Assembly: GCA_040954595.2 (NCBI GenBank)
Contig: CM082584.2
Coordinates: forward strand, 1,474,281 to 1,538,280
Direction of reading: 5' to 3'
DNA: 64,000 bases
Source: Balanoglossus misakiensis
Taxonomy: Eukaryota > Animalia > Hemichordata
Numbering within the stretch: position 1 is the stretch's first letter; each line of letters begins with the position of its first letter. Made by a program: the position numbers and the translations under genes. Shown here piece by piece: positions 27,449-39,493 of this stretch. The notes under the pieces were generated by a model that did no database searches, was not told the DNA's origin, and saw only the letters and a program-made list of their open reading frames with translations.

Positions 27449-28862
27449 ATGGCGGGGGTAGCTGGGGATGGGGACGACGAGAGCAGCTTCGTCTTGCATG
27501 AGTTGGAGACAGCGCTGGCACAGTACCCCACAGAAGGCTCCAACCCTAGGTCGTGCAACTGTCGGGGTATGTGTGCTCGCAGTAAAGGACGGGGAGCATG
27601 TCCATGTAAAGCACTGGACTTGCTGTGCAACACTGCCTGCACCTGCGGAAAACGCCGTCCATGTGTAAACAAGGACGAGGTAAGCATGCATGTTCGATAA
27701 TATGTTTTGTTTCGTACATTGTAAACATGTCTGTTTGCCTCAACTTTCCGAAATGTCTCAGAAAAGATATACGTGAACTTCGCGGCACACGCTCTGTTTT
27801 CTCTTGATGGCATGTAAACTAGGAATGGGCTGCCCATCGAAGCAGTGGAATTTACCTGAGGACTTGGGGGGGGGGGGGGTGATGATTTTTTGAACAAAAA
27901 GACTGTCATATGAGCCCACTGTTCACCATTTTCTTAACAAGAGGGAAAATAAATTTGAAGGTGGAGAATGTTCCTTTTTCAATTTGTTTGAGTGAAATTC
28001 AAATCAGAATTATTACTGCATTGGGACTGTCATTGGAATTGTTGAAAATTGTGAAGATGGAATTTATCAAAACGATAAAGACATTCTCATCATCAATAAA
28101 ATAATATTGTTACAGGATTCAACATCTGAAGAAGAAATTGAGAGGTCTGATGGGAGTGATGATACCAGATCAAAGAAAAGATCCCGGGTGATTCTAGAAT
28201 CATTACAACCGGAGGAGAAAATTGAAGAAAATGAAAGACAGATGAAGGTACACAAATTCTGCTTGCCAAACTCTACTTGGATTATTAACATATATTATTT
28301 AAAATTGTTTTAAAATATCTTTATTTCTCTCTTACAGGACTTTGTGCAGAGACAAAGCCGTGAGCACCTGGAAAGTTTGATGGTGGAATTGCTCAGACGA
28401 CAACCTGGAGCCTGGGCCGATCTGCAGCAAGAACATCATCAACACTATCAGCCTCTGCAGCCCCCATCCCAACCCGATCCTGGCCCTGGCACCAGTCTTC
28501 CCTGGTGTAAGTGTGGTAGGTGCCAGGATATGCCTACACAGAAGGAAAAGAAATGTTGTTCCACACGTCGCAACCAAGGCTGTATTACGAACACACATTT
28601 GTTTTCCCACTTAGTTATGGATGCAAATGTTTTAGAGGTGGCCATGCGGTGGGCAGCAGATGTGTATGCAGATGATCCGATGAGAGACAATGCCTGTTTT
28701 AGACACTATGCCTATCGGCAGTATATATATTGGCAACATGGGAGGTTGGGTGCTGGGAACCGTCGTGTTGTCCCCTCGTGTTGCGTTTGGGCAATTCGGC
28801 GACGGTTTCCCAGCCCCAACAATGTTTATGTTGGTTATCGGGATGGACACATCCAGGATTAA
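27449..28862 (+). CDS. KolX-type accessory protein, 295 aa: N-terminal CXC-like Cys cluster, acidic linker, C-terminal P2X7 cytoplasmic-ballast-like domain
   Basis: Exons 27449-27679, 28116-28247 and 28338-28862, all phase 0 with GT-AG. Exon 1 has CNCRGMCARSKGRGACPCKALDLLCNTACTCGKRRPCVN. Exon 3 has WCKCGRC...EKKCC...GCIT...FRHYAYRQYIYW...VVPSCCVWAIRRRFPS...YVGY, which follows the P2X7 C-terminal ballast pattern (WCxCGxC...CC...CIT...RHxAYR...PSCCxWxIRxxFP...YxG). Confidence 0.85.
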
Positions 28863-30240
28863 CACCAGGGAACATGTTTTATTCCTGTTTTTTTAATATT
28901 ATCTATATGCCATATTTTACTAGCTCCAGTTGGATGGTGGACCTTGTTTATTGTACGGCCCAAGTGCTACCCCTTTGGACGATACCATTACTTTTAAGGT
29001 GGCCGAGGGGCACAGTAAGATATTTTACCCACAATTCTCCATGATTTGTATCATCGAGGTTGCCCATTTAATAACTTTTTCTGTTTTAGATATTCGCTGA
29101 ACACTGCGTCTCACGTGACTTGGCAAAAAGACGCGTCACGAAGATAGACGCAGATAAAGGCCGACCGCCACTTTGTAATGTGTTAGTTTTTTGACACTTT
29201 CCCGGAAGTGGGCTAATGCGCATACCAGCCAAATGCGCATGTCTGTTGTAAAACTTGCGTACATGTGTGTCAGTAGTTGTATTGATTTTAGCTTCACTTC
29301 CATCATAAACTGTTGGTTTTTTAAAAAATATGTATATTCGGGAAGAGTAAAAATGAATGTCAAGAAACGCGACAGTTTGAATGTAGCCCGGAAGTTATAA
29401 AACGTTCATTTATTAGCCAATCAGATTCCACAATTCTAAATATGGCGGTTTGTGTTTACCAGCCTCTTTGGTGTTTGTCACCGAGGCAGGGTACCAGCCA
29501 ATTTTAGATACTAACAATGATATGAACTACATATAAATGTGTTTACGGTAGTTTTATCTATTGTAACTCAGTTTAGGGTGTCAAACTCACCATTATGTTT
29601 CTGAAAGAACGTGAGCTTTTTGTTTCTGTGCTAAATTGTTCACTTCTCGCAGGAACAGACCTTCAGTGAAACATAAGTCTCGGCAACCCTAAGAGTAATG
29701 GTATCGCCCAAGGAGGTAGCCAATGGGCTGTACAATAAACGACGTCCGGGATGGTTATATATCCCACATCCACTATCAGTAGTTACAGTGTGTGTGTGTG
29801 TGTGTTCATTCCATATATCTTTTGCTTTTGACAATCAATCATGTAAAATAGACAAATTATTTCCTTTTTGTTTTACAAATAAAATGTTGAAATACCTTAG
29901 CAGGACCATGTGAATATTTTGTAAACTTTTGTACTAAAATTAGCGGGATGGAGAAACCTGGGTTTAAAGTACAAAATGTAATTCAAGTAACGAAAATTGT
30001 TTGATAATTGGCATGTAAGAAAATGATCAAAACACCAATCAACAATGCTTGTGCAGGCCCGTACGTTATTTTATTCAAACCCACTAAGCAAACAAACTCA
30101 TTTCACATGCATGAAAAAAACATTTAGACATTTGTCTTCGAAAAAGATATTCTGGTGGTACAGAATAATTAGGGGTTATTACACTAATTGGTCGATAACG
30201 CGTCGTATTTGAGTGTGTCCGTATTTTGACGAGTTGCTAT

Positions 30241-33200
30241 TTATTCTCCTGAAGCTGCAGATTTGGCAAATCTACTCTGATGAGATGATACCAAATTTGC
30301 AACTGTTGGAAGATTCATCATTGACCTCCTGGCATGTATACGACGAGGATCATTTTCTGAAAGCGAAACATGCTGTGACAAATGGCCCTCAACCCTAACC
30401 CGCTTTTCAAATATCTGCTGCTGCATAATGGGGATGTAGTCGTACTTCTTTGTCTGTACCACAGGAACAGGGTAAAACATCTGTGTCCTCTTCGAGTACT
30501 TTCGATGGAACCTGACATAACCAATTGAATATTAGTTTAATTGTTGAACAGTAGACATGTAAGTCTGCAAGGAACAATCAAATTTAAAACACAGTACACA
30601 CATCAATAGATCTACACATAGGATCTCAACTTCCTTCAACATGTTTAGGTACTCAGAAACTGGGAAACACAGGTGATTAATCAAGTGTCTTTACTTGACA
30701 TAGTGACTGATCATTGAAATTCATATTAACGGCAGTTCAATCTGATATTTAGACCAAAACTAACAACCCCCTGCAGCTGTTGTGTTACACACAGTTACAC
30801 TGATGAAAGGATTGTACCAACTTACTTTGGTTGTCCATCAGTGTCAAGCACTGGCTGCCGATTACTATGCTTGTTATAATCTATGACAGCCAACTGTGTC
30901 CGTGCCTTATAGCCTACAAACCTGAAATGAGGAGGAAGAAGGATCAGTTATGTATTGGCAGTTGAACTGCAGTGAACTGTCCAAAAAGTTTATGTCACAC
31001 CATTGTATTGCAACTGTATATACAAAATAATTAGTATCTAGGAATGGCTAGTGGGCTGATACAAATACCCCAAACTAAGTAAACCATCTACTAGTATTGT
31101 GTTTACATAAAGAGCAAGACACTGCTCTCAATAACTTTCGCTGGAAATTCACAAAATGTCAACAAACCATCCTGTCAACTCCACTCTTTTTAAAAATAAA
31201 CAGCATAAAGGAAATGAGTTGTCAAAAAAAATGTTTTTTTTACAAATAATAAGCTTACGAATAAGAGTGACGCTTGGGTGCATACATCAGCAAATGGCTA
31301 TGGAAAGACTCCAAGAAACCAGTGTGTCTGAAATGGAATGAAATACCAGTTAGTATTTCCCAATAAATAATAATTGCTTATACATGAAGTTCTCCCTTAT
31401 GATATGAATCATATATTGCTTCAAACAAACATAAACACATTTCTACTACTTATATCCTCTTTCAAAAGGAAAAAGTATCTCTAGTAAAGCATAAATACTT
31501 CCATTTCTGTTGCATTCAGTGAATAAATGTCAAGGGAAGTGTATATTTACCGAAAGTTGACAAAGTAAGGAAAATTCTTCAACAGACGCTTGTCCTCAAC
31601 AATCTTTCGGAGTGCTAAATGTGATGCTGAACCCTTTGTCAGCCATGGTGTCTGCTGATGATCGTGTATCGGCTCATGACCACACCTTCCATAGGTTCCA
31701 TCACTGTTGAAGATCCACTCATGCTCATCAACGACATGGTGGAGTATTCCAAACCAGATAGCCTACAAAGTGGTACAAGAAGCAACATAATTACTGCATT
31801 TGGCTAAAGAACAGTTGTTTGGGTTGGTCTGCCTTCACGAACATTCTAAGTTACGATTCATCGTATTTTCACTGCTTCCCTATTTGTTGATACAACCATC
31901 AATGCTTCAATGATATAATTTATGGCATTTGTACATTATGAGTATGTGCAAGATGTGACTACAGGTGACGACTGACAATCCAGCATCATAAAAACATGAA
32001 CATTATAATTTTTTTAAACACCAGGTTTGCTGTTACATCAACCTTGCACTCAAAAGTTTGTTTCTCAAATTATTCAGTCTGTTTCAGGAAGAAATGTTAA
32101 CACTGTACCTTCATCTTTGTCACACTCCCATTACACTCCTTGGCTGCATACCAAAAATGGTTTTTGACTGCTTTTGCCCAGTGCATTAGATCTTTACAAT
32201 CTTTAGGTTTGGAGGCCTACATAAGAATATAAATTATCTATCTCACATATATTATATCAATTATACCAAATTAGAACATTATATTGATCAATCAAGACTG
32301 AAGAAAACAATTTACAAATTTAGATATACATTTTCCTGCACAGGAATTGACACATATTTTTTATATTTGAAAAAAGTAATCATAATGGCTAATACATTTG
32401 TGCTTTGATATTTGTTGACCAAAACTGACAGAAAATGTTCAAAATACAATATTGTACAGCCCACTGACTTTGAATATGCATGTACTAGCTTACCTCCAAG
32501 ATTTTTTTTTGGATGTTTTTCCCTCCATGCCAGATGTCCCAAGAGTGTTTGATATCTTCATATTTTTCACATTTACCTGAAATAGTACATGATAATACAA
32601 AATGATGATCAATATGCACACATACATCTGTGACCAGTTTTCAATGTCAGCCCTGCATTACATTTACAATGTATATCCATTTAGTTGTATCTATTGATAC
32701 TGAACAACTACCAAAAGATAGACAATACAGAATGGTATTCGCTTATGCATAACAGCAGCAATTTGGGTATGGGCGTCGGTTATCATTTCTTCGATGTGGA
32801 GGTTTTTTTTCATCTGGTCCATGGCTCTTTCAAAGCCTATGCGTTCCATGTTTGGGCTTTTGCCACCAGCTTCACGTACATCCACAACTTCAGTGTGGAT
32901 AACACACTTTCGGGAGTTGTCACCAATATTGTATGACAGGTACTGGGCTGAGTGTCCAGGAGAGTCATTTCGCCCATCTCCACATAATATCATTCTTTGA
33001 TTATGACACGAATCTATCAGTTCTTTCTGCATAACTTCAAAGTACTGGTCAATGGCAGGTGCTGCATACAATCTCTGAATTCTATGGAATGTTGTGTGAG
33101 ACATGAAGGCTATGTTGGCAAATCTGAACATCAGTTCGACCTTCTTAAAGCTGTTTCCTGACAACAAAACACATGCTGCAGTTTGCAAGTTACCAGCAAA

Positions 33201-35802
33201 GATGCCAGAAAATCGTGGTTGGGACTGCCATCTTCCACCAAGATGACCTGCAGAACAACTCCATGAAACACAAAGGGCAGTCCCTCTAAAAGTTGGATTG
33301 TATTCAAGCTTCCTCTGACAATTCTTGCGGTGACACACAAGCCCATGTACCCGTTTCAGCAAATCAAGTATTACAGGCAAATAGACTATGCACTTTTGGG
33401 TGTTGATCAGTTCTGTTGCATGGGATAAATCATCCTCTTCAGTTACAGCTCCATTGTCATCTGTTCCAAAGTCATCTGTATCAATGACAACGTCCTCAAC
33501 CGATATGTTCTGGTCATTTCTGTAATTCAAAATTACAAAGTATCTGCTTTATGGTCCATTGTAACATGGTACTGATTATATATTGAAGGAGTATGGGAGT
33601 ACTGCAGGTCTCTTCTGATGTATAAGTTTTTGGGCATGTTTCGGCTTCTGTGCAAAAAATTACAATGATGTATTGGATTTTAAAACATTTCAAAACTGTA
33701 TCTATCAAAATCAAGAGGTAGTGCTCACTCTGATATTCTATAACAGTCATCAAACTCTTCGTCATCATCTTCACTTGCACTGAGTGTTTCATCGCTGTCA
33801 TATTCACAATCAAGGTCACGTCTATCATTCATAAATGAAAATAAAACATTATTACAGATCGATTATGTGATAATCAGGGATTTTTTCAGCCTTGGAAGAG
33901 GGCTGGACACAAAGCACATTTTAAACACTGACAATAGATTTGGTGGTGGGAGGCAACAGTTACAACTGGATGCTTGTTCTGAGTGCCGAACAGGGCTGGA
34001 GCTGTCTGGTGTGGGGAGACCCCTTGACTGAAGAGCATACAATCAGCATCAATCAGAGAAGCAGGGGTTTAGAGTTGAAAGTAACTTGCCACTTGACCAA
34101 TTTAAAAGAAAATACTCTTCATCATACCTTGTAGATTGTATCTTTGGTTTTCCATGCAAAGGAGTGGAGCTTGAAAGCGGTACAAATTGTAAATCTGAAA
34201 TTAGCAAAACAAAGTGAGCATCAAAAGTACGGTAGTTATGTAGTACATATCTGTGCTATTATTTTTCTCTAACACAGTTATTGTTACAAAGGTCTGTTAT
34301 TTACCATGAAACTCCCAGTTAGAGTCATTTTCTCTGTTTACTGTTGTTATTGTTGACAAGTAGACCACAGTCTGGACTAGAATGTCAACAATAATTACAA
34401 AGCAGTTTACACATGGTTGACGAGTGAAATATTGTGTAATTCAGCATGCAATTACAAGTAGGACAAGAATTTGTAATAAACGCACAAACAAGTGAAAAAT
34501 CAAGAAATATGACTGTTACTATCCCCATATGTACATCTGTAAATACACAATACTATTAACTGGAAACCTGACAACTGAACAAACTGGAGGTTAAAAAAAA
34601 AATAACCATGAAATTATAAGCATGCTCAAATATAAGTTATGCTATCTGAACATTGTAAAGTTTATAAATAAAACATGAAGAAATCTTATAAACAACTATT
34701 CATGCAAACAGATCCTCATGATGTCAAACAATAAATTAGTGTTTGACCTAAATAAAACAGTAAGATAGAACATGCATGGTTATCTTTGTCAAAGCAAGAA
34801 CTTACTTTGATGCTCTAACCACATTATCCCAACAGAACAATTTCTATTGAACATCAACGATGCAATTATAACTCACTGTATCTCACTATGTTACATAAAA
34901 GTACCTGAATCCTGGCGTTTAATTGGTGATGAAGAGCTAAAATGTACATTCAAGGGCAACATGAGTAAAAAAAAATAATGTTATTTCATAACTGTCATAA
35001 AACATTTGTTCCCTAATATCATGGTTATAACTGGCTTTGTAAAAGTTTGTTGTATCATGTCTGGGGTGTGATTATCTGCTACCATATGCAATAAAATAGA
35101 ATTCAGAGACAAGTAACAAGATAAATAATATCCAGAAATAGTTTGTTGCATCAGACGTCATGAAAGTGAGGAAAATCAGCAGCTTCAACAAATGTTACCA
35201 GTCGCGTTTGAAGCTGCAACCAACCAACCAACCAACCATTGACATTGTAGTTCGGGTAGGTTCACGTGGCAACCGGACAACCAACAATCCGCCCGATACA
35301 ATCATCATATCTACTGTTGCTCGACTTATAAAAATTATTTACCGATACAAACGATACTGTAACAGATATACGTGTACGGGCCTGTGTGTTCCCGGCGTTG
35401 CGCAGGGCAACGGGCGCACCAGTGTATTGCTACACGTACGTAGTTTTATCGGTAATTTACAATGAACAGACAAACGACCACAGACACTCACCTATTTGCT
35501 GTGGGCTGTGACTCGACTGTTGTTCCTGCTGCCTCCATTGTCGCCGTGTCCCGGACCGACGACGTCAACCACTGCAGACTGTGCAGTGACTGCAGAGACT
35601 CGTCTCCCTCCTCATCACCGTGTGATACACATCGCTGGCAAAATTTCAGGTGCATCTCGAGTAAATGCGTTGCAAATTCAGAATTCGGTCGACTTCCATA
35701 GTTCAACAGCTTTTGCTCTTTCCAGCCAGAGCACGATTTCCCGAGATAAATCTTCGTTTTGTCCCGTTTCTTATAAGATGCTTTCCGTCGACTGGTAGCC
35801 AT
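30241..35802 (-). CDS. Kolobok-type DDE transposase, ~704 aa, 11 predicted exons (one non-canonical donor)
   Basis: Exons 35802-35492, 34936-34905, 34194-34128, 33821-33729, 33519-32747, 32576-32494, 32216-32109, 31762-31551, 31327-31259, 30921-30826, 30511-30241 join in phase without stops (2115 nt). Motifs: Cys/His cluster CHRKNC...CSAGH...WQSQP, GDGRNDSPGHSAQY, ITDAH, HSWDIWH, NHFWY, HTGFLESFHS, YAPKR, ARTQLAVIDYN. Exons 2-4 are less certain. The exon-5 donor reads ATAAGC. Confidence 0.85.
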
Positions 35803-36676
35803 TTTGATATTTGCACGGAATTATGGGATTTCTGAGCTCGTCGCGTTGGTGAGTCCCCCCAGTCGCGTTGCTCGCGAGTCCCCAGTTGCGTTGCTAGAGA
35901 GGCCCCAGTCGCGTTGCCAGAGAGTCCCACACAAGGGCGCCCTCATACGTTCATATGTGACGAGCCTCGCCCTTTAAAGCACTGAAAGGTTCAGAGGACT
36001 AACATTTTTCTGAAAATCCGTCTCCTAAGTGTGCACTGCAATGGCAGTTTAATTGTTTTCAAAAATATCAACTTACGCTCGCATTGGGGCACAAGTGGAC
36101 CCCAGACACCATCTGCTTGGCATTCCAATGAAGACACATTATTTATAAACTGATAGCCCTCAATGCATTGATAATAAGCAATGCCACCATACACTGTACT
36201 GGTAACATTGGTAAGAATTCCATTGCTGCACTCAGGGGGTCCACCACATGTTATTCCTAAAAAATAAACAACAAATTAGTGTCATTCAAGTTTTTGCTAA
36301 CAATAGATTCAAGAGACAAATTAAGTCTCTCTCATCACTGCACTTTTTTCATTAATTATCTTGGATACAAGACACCAGGCTAGGCATATTTGCATAGCTG
36401 GTACGACTTATACACGGCGAAAATGTTTTTTTTTCCTGAAAGAGTGACCTCAAAGCTACAAAATTATGTAGATATCAGCTAGACCGGACATCCCCTTTAA
36501 CTACTGGATAACCGTCCGAGCATTGGAATGAGACAGAGACATCATACCTTCTATCTCTGTACTGGTCACCACGCCCTCACTAATCACAATTTCGGGACAG
36601 TCTGTCAGAACAAGGATCACAATGATAAGAATGCATGCAGACAAATACTTAAACTCATAAATGTCAGTTGTTTTAA

Positions 36677-36900
36677 AGTGAAGGGGTCGTCGCAATGCGT
36701 TTGTTTATAAACATTACAATTCATCCACAAATCCCTCAAATAAGATAATTCTTAGAATGAACGAAGCAGCTGACAGTATCCTAGACTGTCCATGACAGCA
36801 ACTGAAGATCCTAGTAGGTCGTGGCTGTCTAATTTCAGGGATTTGTGGATGAATTGCAATGTTTATAAACAAACAAACGCAGTGCGACGACCCCATCACT
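36677..36900. mobile_element. Palindromic MITE with long TIRs, TTAA-type
   Basis: AGTGAAGGGGTCGTCGCAATGCGTTTGTTTATAAACATT...CCACAAATCCCT is mirrored by AGGGATTTGTGG...AACGCAGTGCGACGACCCCATCACT. Flanks are TTAA (left) and TTAT (right). Confidence 0.8.
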
Positions 36901-37121
36901 TTATTGAGTGTGATACAAGAGTGTTGCCATTCCTGTCAATGGTCCAAAATTGCATTGCAATTGTAAGAAATTACTGTCTCTGTTTTTCCAGCTCTTTGAA
37001 GTTTCGTAAAAATTCAAAAACATTTGCACCTTTCAATTAATGACTCTAAATCACAAGGAATAAAGGGAGAGTGTGTTTCTAAGAATTCTGTAACAACTTT
37101 TTCTGAAATGTTAGTAAGTTA

Positions 37122-37328
37122 CTGTAAAACACTTTATTTTCGCGAGCAAGAGATTTTCGCGAAATACGCGAGAGCCAAAATAGCGTGAAAATAAAAAGTT
37201 GCGTAATTTTTTTGAAGATAAAGATGCAATGAATGAAATAAGAGAACGCGAAAATTAACACTGGCGAAACAGTGGCCTCTCTCGATGTCGCGAAAAATTT
37301 CAACTCGTGAAAATAAAGTGTTTTACAG
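37122..37328. mobile_element. TA-flanked MITE family, Tc1/mariner-pogo-like (copies ~352-553, ~25500-25692, 37558-37750, 37800-38009, 43297-43491, fragment ~41270-41312)
   Basis: TA-CTGTAAAACACTTTATTTTC(G/A)CGAG...-TA with 24-bp TIRs. The TCGCGA-rich body recurs at the listed positions. Confidence 0.85.
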
Positions 37329-38596
37329 TATGTGTACCTGGTGAAAATGAAGCCCTGAATCCTTTCGCTGGTCGTGTTCTACTACTCCTGAACACAACCG
37401 AAAAGTGTCCAATGTCTGTACGGCAATCGGGTGGTGGCACAGTGCCATCAATGACTCAATCAGAATTGCCACTCCATGGACCAATAATGACATCATCATC
37501 ACTCTCAGTACCATTGTATACCTTCAGAAACAAAGACAAATTAAGCATGCATTGTAAATACCGTAAAACGGGAAATCTTCACAACAGGAAATTTTCGCGA
37601 TATCAAAGGTGGCTACTGTTACGCGACAATTAATTTTCACATTGGCATATTTTACTGCATTGTTATCTCTGAAGCATTTTAAGCGACTTTTTATTTTCAT
37701 ATTTTTTGGCTCTCACATAGTTTACGAAAATTTATCGTTCACGAAAATTTTATAGTATTCAATCCTTGTTGCATTTCCTGCTGCAACAGCTACTCAACAT
37801 ACTGTAAAATGGGAAATGTTCGCAAACAATAAATTTTCGCGATCTACGTGAGAGCCATCAAAACATGAAAATAAAAAGTTGCGTAAAAATGTTTTTCGGG
37901 GATAATGATGCAGTGAAATACAAGAACGTGAAAAGTTATTGTTGCATAACACTTGCCTCTTTTGATAACGCGAAAATTTCATGTTGCAAAAGTATCCCGT
38001 TTTACAGTATATATGTGATTAATTAAATTTCCAAATTGTGTTCCAAAGTTGTATAGTTTGAAGTAATGTCTGCCAAAATTGTCAAACTAAAATCACTGCA
38101 AAATAATATGACAAATTTTTTAATATGACAAATATTTTTAACATGGCTGACTCATGATCATATCTGATACTCACAATGATGTAATCAACATCTGTGTTCC
38201 TCTCTAATCCAAAGTTCTCATCAAAGATAAGAGTTAATGGTCTTCCAGTTGGTTCCTTGATTAACCAGCTACACATAACATCATCAGGGTAAGTGCTAAC
38301 ATCATACCCTGGTGACTGAATCGTGCCAAAACTACGCAGAATTTCAATTCCCTGGCAACCTTTAAAGAAACAAGTGACCTATCGGTCAAAAGAGCTCTGC
38401 TGACTTTAACAGTGAAACCTATAGCTGGGCAATGATATGAATACCCTAGGTTTTAATCATAACAATTGTATTCTATTAAACAAAACCAAACATAGACATC
38501 ACAAGTATTTAATATCCACATTCAGCCTGATTCATTGTGCTAAAGAAAGAAAGAATTTATTCCTAAAGAACAACATCAAAAGGAAGTACCAAGGTA

Positions 38597-39116
38597 CTAA
38601 TTTGCATATTCATGACCCGATCAAAATTCCAATAAAACAAAATCAGGTAGGGGCACCATAACACACATTCTACCAAATTTCAGCTCCATCGTACATGTAG
38701 TTAGGGAGAAGAAGATTTTTTACCAAAAATTATATTTTTAGATCTAATTTGCATATTCATGACCCGATCATATCCAAATTTATAAAATCAGGTAGGGGCA
38801 CCATAACACACATTCCTGCCAAATTTCAGCTCCATCATACATGTAGTTAGGGAGAAGAAAATGTTTGACCAACATTCTATTTTAGATCTAATTTGCATAT
38901 TTATGACCCCATCAAATCCAAATTTACAAAATCAGGTAGGGGCACCATAACACACATTCCTACCAAATTATAGCTAAATATGCAATGTCGTTTTAACGAA
39001 GAAGATTGAAATACCGAAAGTTGACGGACGACGGACAACGGACGCCGGACGACAGACGGACACTTATCAACCTACTGCTACAGCTTGGCTGACACAAGTG
39101 ACAGCCAAGCTAAAAA
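38597..39116 (-). mobile_element. Helentron-associated (HINE/DINE-1-like) non-autonomous element
   Basis: About three ~120-145-bp core repeats (CTAATTTGCATATT...GGTAGGGGCACCATAACACACATTC...), a GACG/GACA microsatellite at 39023-39062, and a terminal hairpin AGCTTGGCTG...CAGCCAAGCT followed by AAAAA. Confidence 0.65.
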
Positions 39117-39493
39117 TACCAAACAAGGAATAATGAATTCAATCCACAGGTTTGGTGTAATCCTGGCTGCCTTTTATTTTGTGCTAGGGGATCAAATCAC
39201 ATAATAATTGCCTTCTGGATAAAAAGTCGTACGCGACAGAAGAAATGACTGTTAACTGTATATGACTTCCTTAGGTCAAACCTTTCTGTCGTTATACATG
39301 TAGTTATCAAATTAAACTCATTTAACTTTTTTCACATTTTGTTATTTTTTCTGTTAAAAAGTTCCATAATGACCCAGTATCAGATTAGCTTATATTATAA
39401 ACTTCCAGAAAGAATGGCAAAAGAAGATAGATCTGTGATCCTTACAATTCTTACTGGGTTGAAATTCTTTGGGAATGATTTTAAGTGATTTAA

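Larger units (their letters stand above)
27162..35973. mobile_element. Kolobok-superfamily DNA transposon, full-length, two convergent genes (transposase + KolX-type protein)
   Basis: TTAA at 27158-27161 and 35974-35977. Left end AAGGCGGGTATCGTC vs reverse complement of right end AGGGCGAGGCTCGTC (11/15; RR...YY termini). Encloses a DDE transposase on - and a P2X7-ballast-like gene on +. It lies within the intron between phase-compatible host exons 36077-36256 and 26377-26559. Confidence 0.88.
24571..36601 (-). pseudogene. Four Sushi/CCP and two calcium-binding EGF exons of the uif-like gene
   Basis: Sushi exons 36601-36500 (frameshifted, truncated), 36256-36077 (C..PP...YQCIEGY...CQADGVW...C), 26559-26377, 26066-25884. 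EGF exons DINECSTLVARC...CENRDGDYQCAC (25406-25278) and DINECASHSCDQLCKNTAGGFQCSC (24756-24571). Confidence 0.85.

Noticed and set aside
28338-28862. Host P2X7 purinoceptor gene
   Set aside because: Only the ballast-like domain is present, with no transmembrane or ectodomain exons, and it lies inside TIRs next to a transposase.
27162-35973. piggyBac or KolobokP assignment
   Set aside because: The termini are RR..YY rather than CC..GG, and the transposase motifs are not piggyBac-like. No long terminal direct repeats or His-Me finger nuclease gene, as expected for KolobokP, were seen.
26621-36048. A third, outer TTAA element enclosing both the MITE and the Kolobok
   Set aside because: TTAA-AGGGACATGCAGT vs TTAA-ACTGCCATTGCAGT is only a weak terminal match and the right end breaks the RR..YY rule. 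Possible, but unsupported without other copies.
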